In this document: positions 32,812 through 42,779 of the stretch, piece by piece
Layout: each line of letters starts with the position of its first letter
Numbering within the stretch: the stretch's first letter is position 1
NCBI GenBank assembly: GCA_963726745.1
Contig: CAVSDR010000005.1
Coordinates: 64,001-128,000, forward strand
DNA: 64,000 bases
Reading direction: 5' to 3'
Source: an uncultured Verrucomicrobiae bacterium
GTDB taxonomy: Bacteria; Verrucomicrobiota; Verrucomicrobiia; Chthoniobacterales; UBA10450
The notes under the pieces: generated by a model
The model's database searches: none
The model's input: only the letters and a program-made list of their open reading frames with translations
Told to the model about the DNA's origin: nothing
Translations under genes and position numbers: made by a program

Positions 32812-33390
32812 ATGCCGACACGCCGCCGCCAAATTCACCCGGAGCACCTCTTCGCTCTGCGCGACCGCTATGTCCGGCTCGCGGGCGAAATTGTCTCCGC
32901 GGTGGCGGAGAATCACCCGGACCCGCAAAAAAACGACCACGTTTGGATCAATCTGCGCGCGGGTGCAGCTGGTGAACTGCAAATTTCCGTGAGCACCGCT
33001 TCGCGGCCAAGCGCCGTCGCGGGTTTCGATCCGCGCGTGCGCCTGGCAATTTTGCCGTCGACTTGGCGGGTGCTGCCGCCGCCGGGCGTCGCGCTGGCGG
33101 AAGGACTGGATTACCGCGCGCTCACGGCCACCAATCCGGAGCTGCGTTTCGTCGCGCAGTCGCGGCCGGAGTTGGAAAAGTTGCTGCTCGAAAAAGCGCG
33201 GAGCGCGATTTTCGCCGAGGCCTGGGGAGAATTTTATCTGCGGGGACATCCCGGGGTGCACCAAATCCACAGCCGGCGCGCGAGCTCGGCGGTCCCGCGC
33301 GACCTCGTCGGCCAGGACGGCGCGCTGCAGTTTTACTTCCCGGAAAATCGGCGCGAGCTGCTCCTGTTTCAGTTTGCCGGCCAACTGTGA
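32812..33390 (+). CDS. Hypothetical protein, YukJ/DUF2278-like
   Basis: GLDY...WGE...GVHQIH...QDGALQF pattern resembles DUF2278. Confidence 0.45.
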   Translation: MPTRRRQIHPEHLFALRDRYVRLAGEIVSAVAENHPDPQKNDHVWINLRAGAAGELQISVSTASRPSAVAGFDPRVRLAILPSTWRVLPPPGVALAEGLDYRALTATNPELRFVAQSRPELEKLLLEKARSAIFAEAWGEFYLRGHPGVHQIHSRRASSAVPRDLVGQDGALQFYFPENRRELLLFQFAGQL

Positions 33391-33395
33391 CCGGC

Positions 33396-34094
33396 TCAGG
33401 AAATGGCGCGCGCGATCAGGTAGGCCGCGGTCGCCGCGAGGCCGCCGATGAGCGCCGTCTGGAAGGCGCTCTTGATCTTCGAGACGCCGGTGAAACGGCC
33501 TTTGACGAAGCCGAAAACAAGCAGCGCGATCAGGGTCACGAGGGCGGAGAACGGGAGCGCCGCGCGCGCATCGGTCTCGAGCAGGTAGGGCAGGAGCGGA
33601 ATGGTGCCGCCGACGATGTAGGCGCCGGCGATCGTGAGCGCGCTTTGCAAGGCGCGGCCTGGCTCCGGTTTCTCCAGGCCGAGCTCGAAGCGCATCATGA
33701 AATCGACCCACGCCTCCGGCCGCCGGCTGAGCGCCTCCACCACCGGCGCAGCTTCGGCACTCGTTAGGCCGTAGGTCATGAAAACTTCCGCGACCTCGGC
33801 CTTTTCGACCTCGGCCTTCTCGACCACTTCCTGCCGCTCGCGCGCCAGTTCGCTCGCGTAGTGCTCGGCTTCGCTGCGCGCGGCGAGGAATCCGCCCAGG
33901 CCCATCGCGATCGAGCCGGCGGCGATCTCGGCAAAGCCAGCCGTGATCACCAGACGCGAGGACGCGATCGCGCCGGTGAGCCCGGCGGCGAGCGCGAACG
34001 GCACCGTGAGGCCATCGGCCATGCCGATGACGACGTCGCGCACGCTCGGGCCGGCGGTGAAATGCTGTTCGAGATGCGGCGTGGTGGAACTCAT
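33396..34094 (-). CDS. VIT1/CCC1 family Fe/Mn transporter
   Basis: RDVVIGMADGL, AGSIAMGLGG, MMRFELGL, GGTIPLLPY. Confidence 0.9.
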   Translation of the reverse strand: MSSTTPHLEQHFTAGPSVRDVVIGMADGLTVPFALAAGLTGAIASSRLVITAGFAEIAAGSIAMGLGGFLAARSEAEHYASELARERQEVVEKAEVEKAEVAEVFMTYGLTSAEAAPVVEALSRRPEAWVDFMMRFELGLEKPEPGRALQSALTIAGAYIVGGTIPLLPYLLETDARAALPFSALVTLIALLVFGFVKGRFTGVSKIKSAFQTALIGGLAATAAYLIARAIS

Positions 34095-35251
34095 GGCACA
34101 GGGGATTCGTTTGCGAGGCCGAGCGCGGCCTCTGCGTTGCGGGCAAAGCGCAGGCCGCGGAGGCGCGGGGCTGCGGGGAAGTTTTTCGCGAGCGCGAGGA
34201 ATTGGAATTTCATCCCGAGGAATCCCGGATGCAGCAGGGTTTGCAGACCGCGGGTGAGCGCCGGGTCGCTTGCGACCTTTTCATCGAGCAGGCCGGTGAG
34301 GAAATGATGCTGGTCGGTGAAACCGGCGAGCGCGCAGCCGTGCGCCAACGCCTGCTCCGCCAGGCTGGTCCACTCGACATGCGCGGTGAGATCGGCGCGG
34401 CCGGGATGCGCCAGCGGATCAGGCAGCACTTTGTGGCCGGCGTAACTTTGGAGCGTGCCGCGCGTGCGGTGGGGCGCGTAGAAGTCGGCGCGCGGGAAGC
34501 CGTAATCCGCCACCAAGACCACGCCTTGCGTGAGAATCTTGGACAGCGACTCGATCCAACGCAGCGCCGCCAGGTTGACCTCGGTCTCGTAGCCGGCGGG
34601 AAGCGGCTGCGGGATGAGCTCGAGCCGCGCGGCCAGCGCAGCATTCGTTAGGGGAAGATCGACGAATTCGCCCGCGGCATCGACGCCGCGTTCGCGCCAT
34701 TCCGTGCCGGTCCAGCGGACGAGGTGGACCGGGAAAGCATCGAGCAGTTCGTTCGAAAAATGCACCCCGCGGAAAGGCTCCTCGAGCGTTTCCTGCCAGG
34801 TGATCTTGCTGGCTAATTCCCGCAGCCGCGTCTGCTGCCGCGCGCGCAGGACCGCGAAGGGCTCGACAATTCGGTAGCGCAGCGCGGCGAAAAACTCCGG
34901 CCACTCCTGCGCCGCGGCCCGCAGCGCATCGTGCGCAAAGGCGCCGTCGTGCGCCCCTTGTTCCACGATCGTGAAATCGGTCGGCCGCTCGAGTAGTTCC
35001 CAGATGTCGGCGAACTGCGCCGCCAGCAGCCGCCCGAAGACCGGGCCCACGCTCACGCTCGTGAAGTAATCGCCCCCCCGCCCCACGCGTGCGCGCCCGG
35101 AGCTGTAGTAGCCGTGTTCCGGATGGTACAGAGCCGTCGCCATGTAGTCGGCAAACGGGAGCGCGCCGCCGCGCTGCGCGATCTCCGCCGCGAGGGAGGC
35201 CCGCAGCGCGGGCTCGGCGTTTTGCCATTTGGATTTTCGGGGGAGTTGCAC
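34091..35251 (-). CDS. MidA/NDUFAF7-type SAM-dependent methyltransferase
   Basis: FADYMATALYHPEHGYY, GDYFTS, EQGAHDG, SNELLDAFP, DYG, DLTAHV. True start is probably ATG 35228 with a homopolymer indel. Confidence 0.85.
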   Translation of the reverse strand: MQLPRKSKWQNAEPALRASLAAEIAQRGGALPFADYMATALYHPEHGYYSSGRARVGRGGDYFTSVSVGPVFGRLLAAQFADIWELLERPTDFTIVEQGAHDGAFAHDALRAAAQEWPEFFAALRYRIVEPFAVLRARQQTRLRELASKITWQETLEEPFRGVHFSNELLDAFPVHLVRWTGTEWRERGVDAAGEFVDLPLTNAALAARLELIPQPLPAGYETEVNLAALRWIESLSKILTQGVVLVADYGFPRADFYAPHRTRGTLQSYAGHKVLPDPLAHPGRADLTAHVEWTSLAEQALAHGCALAGFTDQHHFLTGLLDEKVASDPALTRGLQTLLHPGFLGMKFQFLALAKNFPAAPRLRGLRFARNAEAALGLANESPVP

Positions 35252-35299
35252 CTAAGTTGCGCGCGGCCCCACAGTTTCCCTCTCCGGACTTCACCCGCA

Positions 35300-37813
35300 A
35301 TGTCAGTCTCTTTCCCGCCGCGCCGTCAGCGCGACGAGTATGTCGAATACCGGCCGCCCTGGTATGCCCGGCCGCACTTCTACGTGCCTGCGGGCGTGCT
35401 TCTCGCGCTGCTCGTGGGCGCGGTGATTTATCTCTTTGTGCTCACGGCCGACCTCACTCGGCAGGCCGAGGCGTATGACTTGAAGGAGCTGGACCAGATG
35501 GAATCAGCCAGCGTGATCGTGGACCGGAACGACAAGATTTTCGGCCAGATCTACGTGGAGAATCGCGAGACCGTGCCCTATGACCAGCTCCCGCGCGACC
35601 TGGTGAACGCAGTCGTGGCGATGGAGGACAACAAGTTCTACCAACACAGCGGCTATGACTTGATGGGGATCATTCGCGCGGCCTTGAAGAACTTCACCGC
35701 CGGCCACGTGCGCCAGGGTGCCAGCACCATCACCCAGCAGCTGGCGCGCAATACTTTTGAACTCAAGGAGCGCACCTTCCGCCGGAAATTCGTGGAGCTT
35801 TTCCTGGCGCGCCGGATCGAGGACGCGATCGGCAAACAAAAGATCATGGAGCTTTACCTCAACCGGATTTACTTCGGCGCCGGGCTCTATGGTGCGGAGG
35901 CGGCGGCGCGCGGCTACTTTGGGAAACCCGCGCGCGAAATGACGCTGGCGGAAAGCGCTACGCTCGCCGGCTTGATCAAGAGCCCAAACCGGCTCTCGCC
36001 CTGGACAGACAAGGAAGCTTCGCGCGAGTCGCGCAACGTCGCGCTTTCGCGCATGCGCGACCTGGGGTTTATCTCCGCGGAGAAAATGGCGGCGGCGCAA
36101 GCGGAGCCGGTCGTGACCGGGAGCCGGCAAAGCGCGCAGGGCCAGACCTACGCGGTGGAATATATCCGCCAGCAGGTGATCGCGGCGGTCGGCTGGGACA
36201 AGGCGATGAACGAAGGCTATCGCATCCGCACGACGATCGATGCCGACCTGCAGCAGACCGCGGAGGAATCGCTCCGGCGCCATCTCGCGGAGGTCGAGCG
36301 CACCCCGGGTTACAAGCACGAGACCTACGAAAGCTACGCGGCGCATTTCAAGGTCGCGAAGTCGAAAGGCCAGCAGGGCAAGGAGCCGACACCGGAGTAT
36401 CTCCAGGGCGCGGTGATCGCGCTGGATAACAAAACGGGCGGCATTCTCGCGCTCGTGGGCGGGCGCGATTTCGAGCACAGCCAATACGATCGCGCGCTCC
36501 AGGCGCGACGCCCGGCGGGCACGGCCTTCACGCCTTTCATGTATGCGGCCGCGTTCGAGAAAGGGCTCTACCCCGGCACGGTGGTGCAGGATTCCGCGCT
36601 GGATAATCGCGTGGTTATGATCGGCGGCACTACCGGCATCCTGGGCGAGTGGGGCCCGGAGAATCCCGAGAACCGCTACGAAGGCGCGATGACCGCACGC
36701 GAGGCGCTGGCTAAATCGAAAAACGGCGCGGCCGTGCGGCTCGGCTTGCAGATCGGGGTGGACCCGGTTTTGCAGTTGGTGAAGGCGGCCGGGATCAAGT
36801 CGCCCATGCGTCCTTACCCGGCGACTTTCCTCGGCAGCAGTGAAGTGACGCTGGCCGAACTGGCCCTGGCGTACACCAGTTTCCCGAACGGCGGCACGCG
36901 GCCGAACACGCCCTTCATCCTCGAGCGAATCGAGGAAAAAGACGGCACCGTCGTCTGGCAATCGCGGCACGACAGCCGGCCGCTCCCAGTGATGAAAAGC
37001 GCGACCGCCTTCGAAGTGCATTCGTGCCTGGTTGACGCGCTCGAGAAAGGGACCGGAGCGGCTGCGCGCACGCGGCTCGGGCTGGCGCAATTTCCCGCCG
37101 CGGGGAAGACCGGCACGGCCTACGATTTCACTGAGGCGCTTTTCGCGGGTTACGACAGCAGCGTCACCTGCGCGGTCCGCGCCGGCTTCGACAAGCCGCA
37201 GCAAATCTTCCGCGGCGCCTTCGGCAACCTGGTCGCGCTTCCGGTGTGGGTGGACGTAATGAACGCCGCGGCCCGGCAATATCCCGCAAAGGAACTCGCG
37301 CAGCCGGCCGACGTTTTGACGGTCGAGATCTGCTCGAAAAGCGGCCTGCTCGCGACCGACAAGTGCGGCGAGTTCGCCTATCGCGAGCTGGCCACGAAAG
37401 AACAGATGCCGACTGAACCTTGCAACGTGCACGGCGACGCGCGCACGCGCATTGTCCGCGACCTGCCGGAAGCCGGGGTGCCGCGCGCCGAGCTCGCGGT
37501 CGATACCTCTCAGGTTCACCCGGTGGCGGTGAAAGCGCCGACTCTCCTGGCCGACAATGATCCTTACAACGCGGTCCATTCCACCGTGAAACCGCCGAAG
37601 CCCGAAGGTGCTGAGGACGAGGTCAAGGCGGCGCTGCCGGTGACCAGGGAAGACAAGCTCAAGGCGGCGGAACCGAGCCCGAGCGAGGAGACGGACGAGC
37701 CGGTTTTGCGCGCGCAGCCGGTAGACCCGGCGGACCAGGCGGAGCCGACGCCAGCGGGCGAAGAACCGATTCGGCGCGCCGTTCCGGTGCCGCCGCGGCG
37801 TCGTGGCGCCTAA
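35300..37813 (+). CDS. Class A penicillin-binding protein (PBP1A family)
   Basis: N-terminal TM, GT51 motifs EDNKFYQH, GASTITQQL, LYLNRIYFG. TP domain has SKN and KTG but SxxK reads TAFT. Confidence 0.85.
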   Translation: MSVSFPPRRQRDEYVEYRPPWYARPHFYVPAGVLLALLVGAVIYLFVLTADLTRQAEAYDLKELDQMESASVIVDRNDKIFGQIYVENRETVPYDQLPRDLVNAVVAMEDNKFYQHSGYDLMGIIRAALKNFTAGHVRQGASTITQQLARNTFELKERTFRRKFVELFLARRIEDAIGKQKIMELYLNRIYFGAGLYGAEAAARGYFGKPAREMTLAESATLAGLIKSPNRLSPWTDKEASRESRNVALSRMRDLGFISAEKMAAAQAEPVVTGSRQSAQGQTYAVEYIRQQVIAAVGWDKAMNEGYRIRTTIDADLQQTAEESLRRHLAEVERTPGYKHETYESYAAHFKVAKSKGQQGKEPTPEYLQGAVIALDNKTGGILALVGGRDFEHSQYDRALQARRPAGTAFTPFMYAAAFEKGLYPGTVVQDSALDNRVVMIGGTTGILGEWGPENPENRYEGAMTAREALAKSKNGAAVRLGLQIGVDPVLQLVKAAGIKSPMRPYPATFLGSSEVTLAELALAYTSFPNGGTRPNTPFILERIEEKDGTVVWQSRHDSRPLPVMKSATAFEVHSCLVDALEKGTGAAARTRLGLAQFPAAGKTGTAYDFTEALFAGYDSSVTCAVRAGFDKPQQIFRGAFGNLVALPVWVDVMNAAARQYPAKELAQPADVLTVEICSKSGLLATDKCGEFAYRELATKEQMPTEPCNVHGDARTRIVRDLPEAGVPRAELAVDTSQVHPVAVKAPTLLADNDPYNAVHSTVKPPKPEGAEDEVKAALPVTREDKLKAAEPSPSEETDEPVLRAQPVDPADQAEPTPAGEEPIRRAVPVPPRRRGA

Positions 37814-37816
37814 CGA

Positions 37817-38809
37817 ATGGCCTTCCGGCTCTCGGTCTTGAATCCCGGCGGGCGCGACCCGGACCAGGATTTTGCCGGCACGCTCGCGGGCCCGGAGGCG
37901 CCGGGCCACGCGCCGGTGAATTTTCACGCCTACGCGGCCTGCACCGGCGGGGGTTTTCTGCGGGAAACAGCCAGCGCTTTGACCGCGCGGCAGCCGGTGC
38001 TCCTGCTCCTGCGCGGCGACTTCCGGGAAGCGCAGCGCGCGCTCGCGAAGCTGCAAGCCGCCGGCCTGAAAGTGGCGGTCTCGCTCAAGGAAACGGGGCT
38101 GCACCAGATCGCCGCGCAATTGGCCAATCGCGGGCGGCTCCGGCGCTTTCTCGAGCTGGTCCGCGCAGCCGATGGCTGCCTCGCGCCCACGCCGGAGGCG
38201 GCGGATATTTATCGTTCACTCCGCGGAAGCGGCGGCGGCGTGGCCTTCATCCCGACGCCTTACCCGCTCGAGGAAGCGCGCTGGGATTTCTCACGGCCGG
38301 TGGCGGAGCGGCAGGGAATTTTTCTCGGCACGCGCGAGTGGGACGTGCCTTCGCGGAACCACTTTGCCGCGCTCGCGCTTGCCCGGTCGCTCGAGGTGCC
38401 GGTGACGGTTTACGATTTCGCCGGGCGCAAGGGGAAGCACTTGTTAGGCGAATTAGGCGGCAACTTCCGCGTGCTCACGAAACGCGGGTCGTATGCCGAC
38501 TATCTCCGGGTGGTCGCGCAGCACCGGATCGTCCTGCAAATGGACACCAGCTTTGTTCCCGGACAGGTCGCGGGCGATGCGCTCCTTTGCCGCGTTCCCT
38601 GCGTCGGCGGGAATGGCGCGATCGACCGGCTGGGGCACCCGGAGACGTGCGGCGCCGGGCGTTCCGGCGATGAGCTGCGCGCTATTGCGCAAACGCTCCT
38701 GACGGATGACGCGGCCTACGGGGCGGCGGTAACGAAGTTGTCGGCTAACGAGCGGTTGGGCTTCAACGCCGTGGCGGGTGAGCTCGAGAAATTCTACGCC
38801 GCGCTCTAA
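37817..38809 (+). CDS. Hypothetical protein, possible GT-B glycosyltransferase-like
   Basis: Intact 330-aa ORF coupled to the PBP gene. GQVAGDALLCRVPCVG resembles a GT-B donor-binding region. Confidence 0.45.
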   Translation: MAFRLSVLNPGGRDPDQDFAGTLAGPEAPGHAPVNFHAYAACTGGGFLRETASALTARQPVLLLLRGDFREAQRALAKLQAAGLKVAVSLKETGLHQIAAQLANRGRLRRFLELVRAADGCLAPTPEAADIYRSLRGSGGGVAFIPTPYPLEEARWDFSRPVAERQGIFLGTREWDVPSRNHFAALALARSLEVPVTVYDFAGRKGKHLLGELGGNFRVLTKRGSYADYLRVVAQHRIVLQMDTSFVPGQVAGDALLCRVPCVGGNGAIDRLGHPETCGAGRSGDELRAIAQTLLTDDAAYGAAVTKLSANERLGFNAVAGELEKFYAAL

Positions 38810-38813
38810 CGCG

Positions 38814-39963
38814 TCACTGCATCGCTTCGAAGTAAATTTCCTCGAGCCGCCGGACCTGGCGATTGCTGCGCGAAATTTTCCTGCACCGCCTGCGCTCCAC
38901 CCTCCGCGAGGCGGGTCAGGCGCTCGGGATTAGCCGCGGCGGCCAGGAGCTCGCTCGCCAGTGCCGCGTGATCGCGTTCGGCCACCAAGATCCCGCTGAC
39001 GTCATGCTCGACCGCCTCCGGAATCCCGCCGTGCCTGGTCGCGAAAACCGGCAGCCCGCTGGCCATCGCCTCGAGCATCGCGTTCGGCACGCCTTCCTGG
39101 TTACCGTCGGCCGCGGTCTCGCTGGGGTGGAGGAAAAGGTGCGCGCGTTCGAAGAGTGCGCGCAGCGGCTGGAAGCCGGGAAAATGCACCCGCCCGGCCA
39201 CGCCCAACTCGCTGGCTAATTCCCGCAGCTCCGCCAGCATCGGCCCGTCGCCCGCGATGGTGAACTCGGCTTGCGGATACGTTTTCGAAAATTCGGCAAA
39301 GGCGCGCAGGCTGGTGCGCAGGCCTTTCTTGGAAATGAGCCGGCAAGCCTGGAGCAATTGCCAGCGACCATCGCGCGGCCACGCGCGCGCGTGGAATGGA
39401 AATTCCTCCAGCGGAATGCCGGTGCGCTGGAGGCGAATCTTCGCTTCCGGGCAGCCCAGCCTAACGAGAGCTTCGGCGAGCGATTGCGAACGCACGAGCA
39501 CAAGCCGCGCAGCCGCGAGCATCTCCGCGGTCGCGCGGCGGTAGGCCGGCTTGTCGAGATCGACACCGACATCGGCGCCATGAAAGGAAACCACGCTCGG
39601 CCGTTCCCACCTTTTCAGCAGCGGGAGCAGGTGCACCGCGATGTGGCCGAAGTAAACATGCAGCAGGCGGGCGTCGGTTTCCCGCAACACCGCGAGCAAG
39701 CGCTCCTGCTCCCCGCGCGAGATTTGCCAGGGCGTGTCGCGCAGTTGCCGATACCAAATGCGCCGGAGGAATTGCGTGCGCGGCCGCGGGACGATCCGCA
39801 GGTCGGCGAAGGGGAAGCGCGCGGCCTCCTCGCGTTTCCGCGTGAGCACGAACGGCCGGACGCGCTCGAGCGCGGTGATTTGCCGGTAGATGTGGAGCAT
39901 CTCCGGCTTGAGGAAGGTCGCGCAATAGGAAGCGACGACTGGCCGTTCGTCGCGCGCGTTCAT
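38814..39963 (-). CDS. Glycosyltransferase family 4 (WcaL-like; frameshift near C-terminus, about 38860)
   Basis: HVYFG, VSFHGAD, RLISKKG, EGVPNAMLEAMASGLPV, HGGIPE. Confidence 0.88.
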
Positions 39964-39973
39964 CGCGCCGGGC

Positions 39974-40282
39974 TTACCAGACGATCCCGACGAGGATGAT
40001 GCCGGTGACGCGCGAGGGATTCGTCGGATCGAAGGTCACGGTGTCCTGCGGGGCGGCGTAATATTTCTGCGGTGCACGCGGGTTGAGCATCTGCACCGGG
40101 TTGCCGCGCGCGGCACGAGGAAGGGCGCCGATGACGCCGCGGCGCTGCAGCGGGATGTCCCGTTGTGAGCTGCGCTCCTCGGCCCGGGCGCGATTGATCG
40201 GCGCGCGGAAATTTTGGCCCTGGGCGGCGGCGCTGCCGAGACCGGCGGCGAGGAGAAAGGCGGCGAGGAAAAGTGTTTTCAT
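39974..40282 (-). CDS. Small secreted protein (102 aa)
   Basis: Signal peptide MKTLFLAAFLLAAGLGSAAA-Q, C-terminus GIILVGIVW. Confidence 0.65.
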   Translation of the reverse strand: MKTLFLAAFLLAAGLGSAAAQGQNFRAPINRARAEERSSQRDIPLQRRGVIGALPRAARGNPVQMLNPRAPQKYYAAPQDTVTFDPTNPSRVTGIILVGIVW

Positions 40283-40357
40283 AGGTCGTGCAGGTGACGC
40301 GAGACGGCGACGCAAGTTCTTGCCGCTCGATTCGCTCCGGCGCAGTCTTACGCGGCG

Positions 40358-41329
40358 ATGGACTATCTTGAAAAGGGGAAACGCGTCCTGGAGATGGAAA
40401 TCTTCGAGCTCCAGCGGCTGCGCGAGCGGCTCGATGGCGCGTTCGTGCGCGCGGTGGAGCTGATCAAAAGCGCGGTGGAAGCGCGTGGGAAAGTGGTCGT
40501 GCTCGGCGTGGGCAAGAGCGGGCATGTAGGCAGCAAGATCGCCGCGACCCTGACCAGCACCGGCTCCCCCGCGGTGGTGCTCGATTCGCTCAACGCGATG
40601 CATGGCGACCTCGGGATGGTGGCCGATGGCGACGTCGTCCTGGCGCTGAGCGCAAGCGGCGAGACCGAGGAGCTGCTCCGGATTTTGCCAGCGCTTTCAC
40701 GCTTCCAAGTGCAGATCATTGCGCTCTGCGGCGGCCGGGAATCGACCCTGGCGAAGAACTGCGACGTCTTCCTCGACGTGAATATCGAGCAGGAAGCCTG
40801 TCCCTTAAACCTCGCGCCGACCTCGAGCACGACGGTGATGCTCGCGCTGGGCGACGCGCTCGCGATGGTGCTGCTGGAGGCGCGCGGTTTCCAAAAGGAA
40901 GACTTTGCGCGTTTTCATCCGGGCGGGATGATCGGCCGCAGCCTGCTCGTGCGCGTGCACCAGATCATGCGTCCGCGCTCGGCCCTGGCGCTGGTGCCGG
41001 ACGATGCGCCGGTGCGGGTGGCGCTCAAGGCGATGACCGATGTGCGCGCGGGCGCGGCGGTGATCGCCGATGCCGCGGGGAAATTAGTCGGCATTTTCAC
41101 GCACGGCGACTTCGTGCGGCATTACCAGACCGACCCGCGAGTGGGCGAGCGCCTGGTGGCTGACCTGATGACGCTCCATCCAGTGACGGTGCAGCAGGAC
41201 CGGCTGGCAGTGGAAGTGTTGAACCTGCTCGAGCGCCATCGGATCGATGACCTCGTGGTGGTGGACGAAGCGGGCACGCCCGTCGGCCTGGTCGACTCGC
41301 AGGACCTGACCAAGCTGAAGTTGCTCTGA
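40358..41329 (+). CDS. kdsD: Arabinose-5-phosphate isomerase (KpsF/GutQ family, SIS+CBS)
   Basis: GVGKSGHV, HGDLG, SASGETEE, EACPLNLAPTSST, FHPGG, CBS pair. Confidence 0.9.
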   Translation: MDYLEKGKRVLEMEIFELQRLRERLDGAFVRAVELIKSAVEARGKVVVLGVGKSGHVGSKIAATLTSTGSPAVVLDSLNAMHGDLGMVADGDVVLALSASGETEELLRILPALSRFQVQIIALCGGRESTLAKNCDVFLDVNIEQEACPLNLAPTSSTTVMLALGDALAMVLLEARGFQKEDFARFHPGGMIGRSLLVRVHQIMRPRSALALVPDDAPVRVALKAMTDVRAGAAVIADAAGKLVGIFTHGDFVRHYQTDPRVGERLVADLMTLHPVTVQQDRLAVEVLNLLERHRIDDLVVVDEAGTPVGLVDSQDLTKLKLL

Positions 41330-41360
41330 TGGGCTGCCGGTTGTAAGACAGACGCTCTTT

Positions 41361-41918
41361 ATGGCAGCAGCGAACGACCTTCGAAAAGGACAGGCGATCA
41401 AATACAACGGCAACGTCGCGATCGTGCTCGATGTGCAGCACCGCACGCCGGGCAACTTGCGCGCCTTCGTCCAGGCGATCATCCGTTACATCAACACCGG
41501 CAAAAGCGCGGACGTGCGTTTCGGTTCGACCGACAAGATCGAGCTGGTGGATGTGAACCGGACGAACCTCGAGTTCTCCTACAAGGACGGGACCGGCTAC
41601 CATTTCATGGATCCGAGCAGCTACGAGACGATCACCCTGCAGGAGAGCCTGCTCGGCGAGGCGAAGGATTACCTGGTGGAAAATCTCTCCGTGGAAGTGC
41701 TCTACACTGAGGGCAAGGCGGTGCAGGTGGACCTGCCGTCGTCGGTGCACTTGAAGGTGGTGGAAGCGCCTGAGGGCGTGCGCGGCGATACCGCCTCGAA
41801 TGTGACCAAGCCGGCGGTGCTCGAGACCGGCAAGACGGTCAACGTCCCGCTCTTCATCAAGGAAGGCGAAGTGATCAAGATCGACACGCGCACCGGCAAC
41901 TACATGGGCCGCGCTTAA
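41361..41918 (+). CDS. efp: Elongation factor P
   Basis: ANDLRKG, HRTPGN, FMDPSSYE, GVRGDTAS, KPAVLETG, VPLFI, IDTRTG. Confidence 0.95.
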   Translation: MAAANDLRKGQAIKYNGNVAIVLDVQHRTPGNLRAFVQAIIRYINTGKSADVRFGSTDKIELVDVNRTNLEFSYKDGTGYHFMDPSSYETITLQESLLGEAKDYLVENLSVEVLYTEGKAVQVDLPSSVHLKVVEAPEGVRGDTASNVTKPAVLETGKTVNVPLFIKEGEVIKIDTRTGNYMGRA

Positions 41919-41948
41919 CCGGCGCGCATCCGCAGCTTTTCCCCGAGC

Positions 41949-42779
41949 ATGGAACCTCGCGCGCGACGCTCCGCTGGTGGGAAAAAACCGAGCGGCTCGC
42001 GGGTTAAGATCGCTCCCTACGTCGTTCCCACGCGGCGCCCGCCGGCCGGCCGCGCGCCCATCCCGGTGATGGTGCCAACTCGCTGGGTAAAATTTGTCAT
42101 CGCGCTCCTTTTCCTGCCGTTTGCCGCCATCCTCACGCAGACGTTTTTCACCGTCTTCACCCGCGCGACGGTCACGCAGCAGTTCTGGGCCGGGGAAGAA
42201 TTCTGGTTCTTCTCGTTAGGCGTCGTCTTGTGGCTGATCGCTTTCTTCGGCTTGCCGCGGCCGCTCACGGCTTATGTTTTCGGCCACGAACTGACCCACG
42301 CGATCTGGGTTTGGCTGATGGGCGGACGGGTCAGCCAATTCAAAGTCGGCCGCAGCGGCGGGCACATCGTGACCGACCGGAACAATTTCTGGATCTCGCT
42401 CGCGCCTTACTTTTTCCCGATCTACAGCATCCTCGCCCTCGCGCTTTACGGCGGGCTGAGCTTCTTCTTCCCAGTCCAGCCATACGGGAAGCTGCTCTAC
42501 GCGATCATCGGGATCACCTGGGCCTTCCACGCCACCTTTACGCTCTGGATGATTCCGAAGAGCCAGACTGACCTGACGCACAACGGCACCTTCTTCTCGC
42601 TCGTGCTCATCTACGTGATGAATCTGCTTCTCCTGAGCGTGATGTTGATCGTCGCTTCGCCGCAAATCGGCGTGGGCGACTTCGCGATGGAGGTGGGGGA
42701 AAACGCCGATCGCGTCCTCGGTTTCTTCGGGCACTGGTTCGATCGCTTCGCGCGCGGGTATAACCCGGTGACGCGCTAG
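41949..42779 (+). CDS. Membrane protein with HExxH motif (peptidase M50-like)
   Basis: YVFGHELTHA, ISLAPYF, several TM helices. Confidence 0.65.
   Translation: MEPRARRSAGGKKPSGSRVKIAPYVVPTRRPPAGRAPIPVMVPTRWVKFVIALLFLPFAAILTQTFFTVFTRATVTQQFWAGEEFWFFSLGVVLWLIAFFGLPRPLTAYVFGHELTHAIWVWLMGGRVSQFKVGRSGGHIVTDRNNFWISLAPYFFPIYSILALALYGGLSFFFPVQPYGKLLYAIIGITWAFHATFTLWMIPKSQTDLTHNGTFFSLVLIYVMNLLLLSVMLIVASPQIGVGDFAMEVGENADRVLGFFGHWFDRFARGYNPVTR

Noticed and set aside
35504..38119. Long antisense ORFs (e.g. 35504..38119, 58187..60220, 62213..63931, 47863..49422, 1710..3125)
   Set aside because: These are shadow ORFs opposite well-supported genes, expected in high-GC DNA, with no recognisable motifs.
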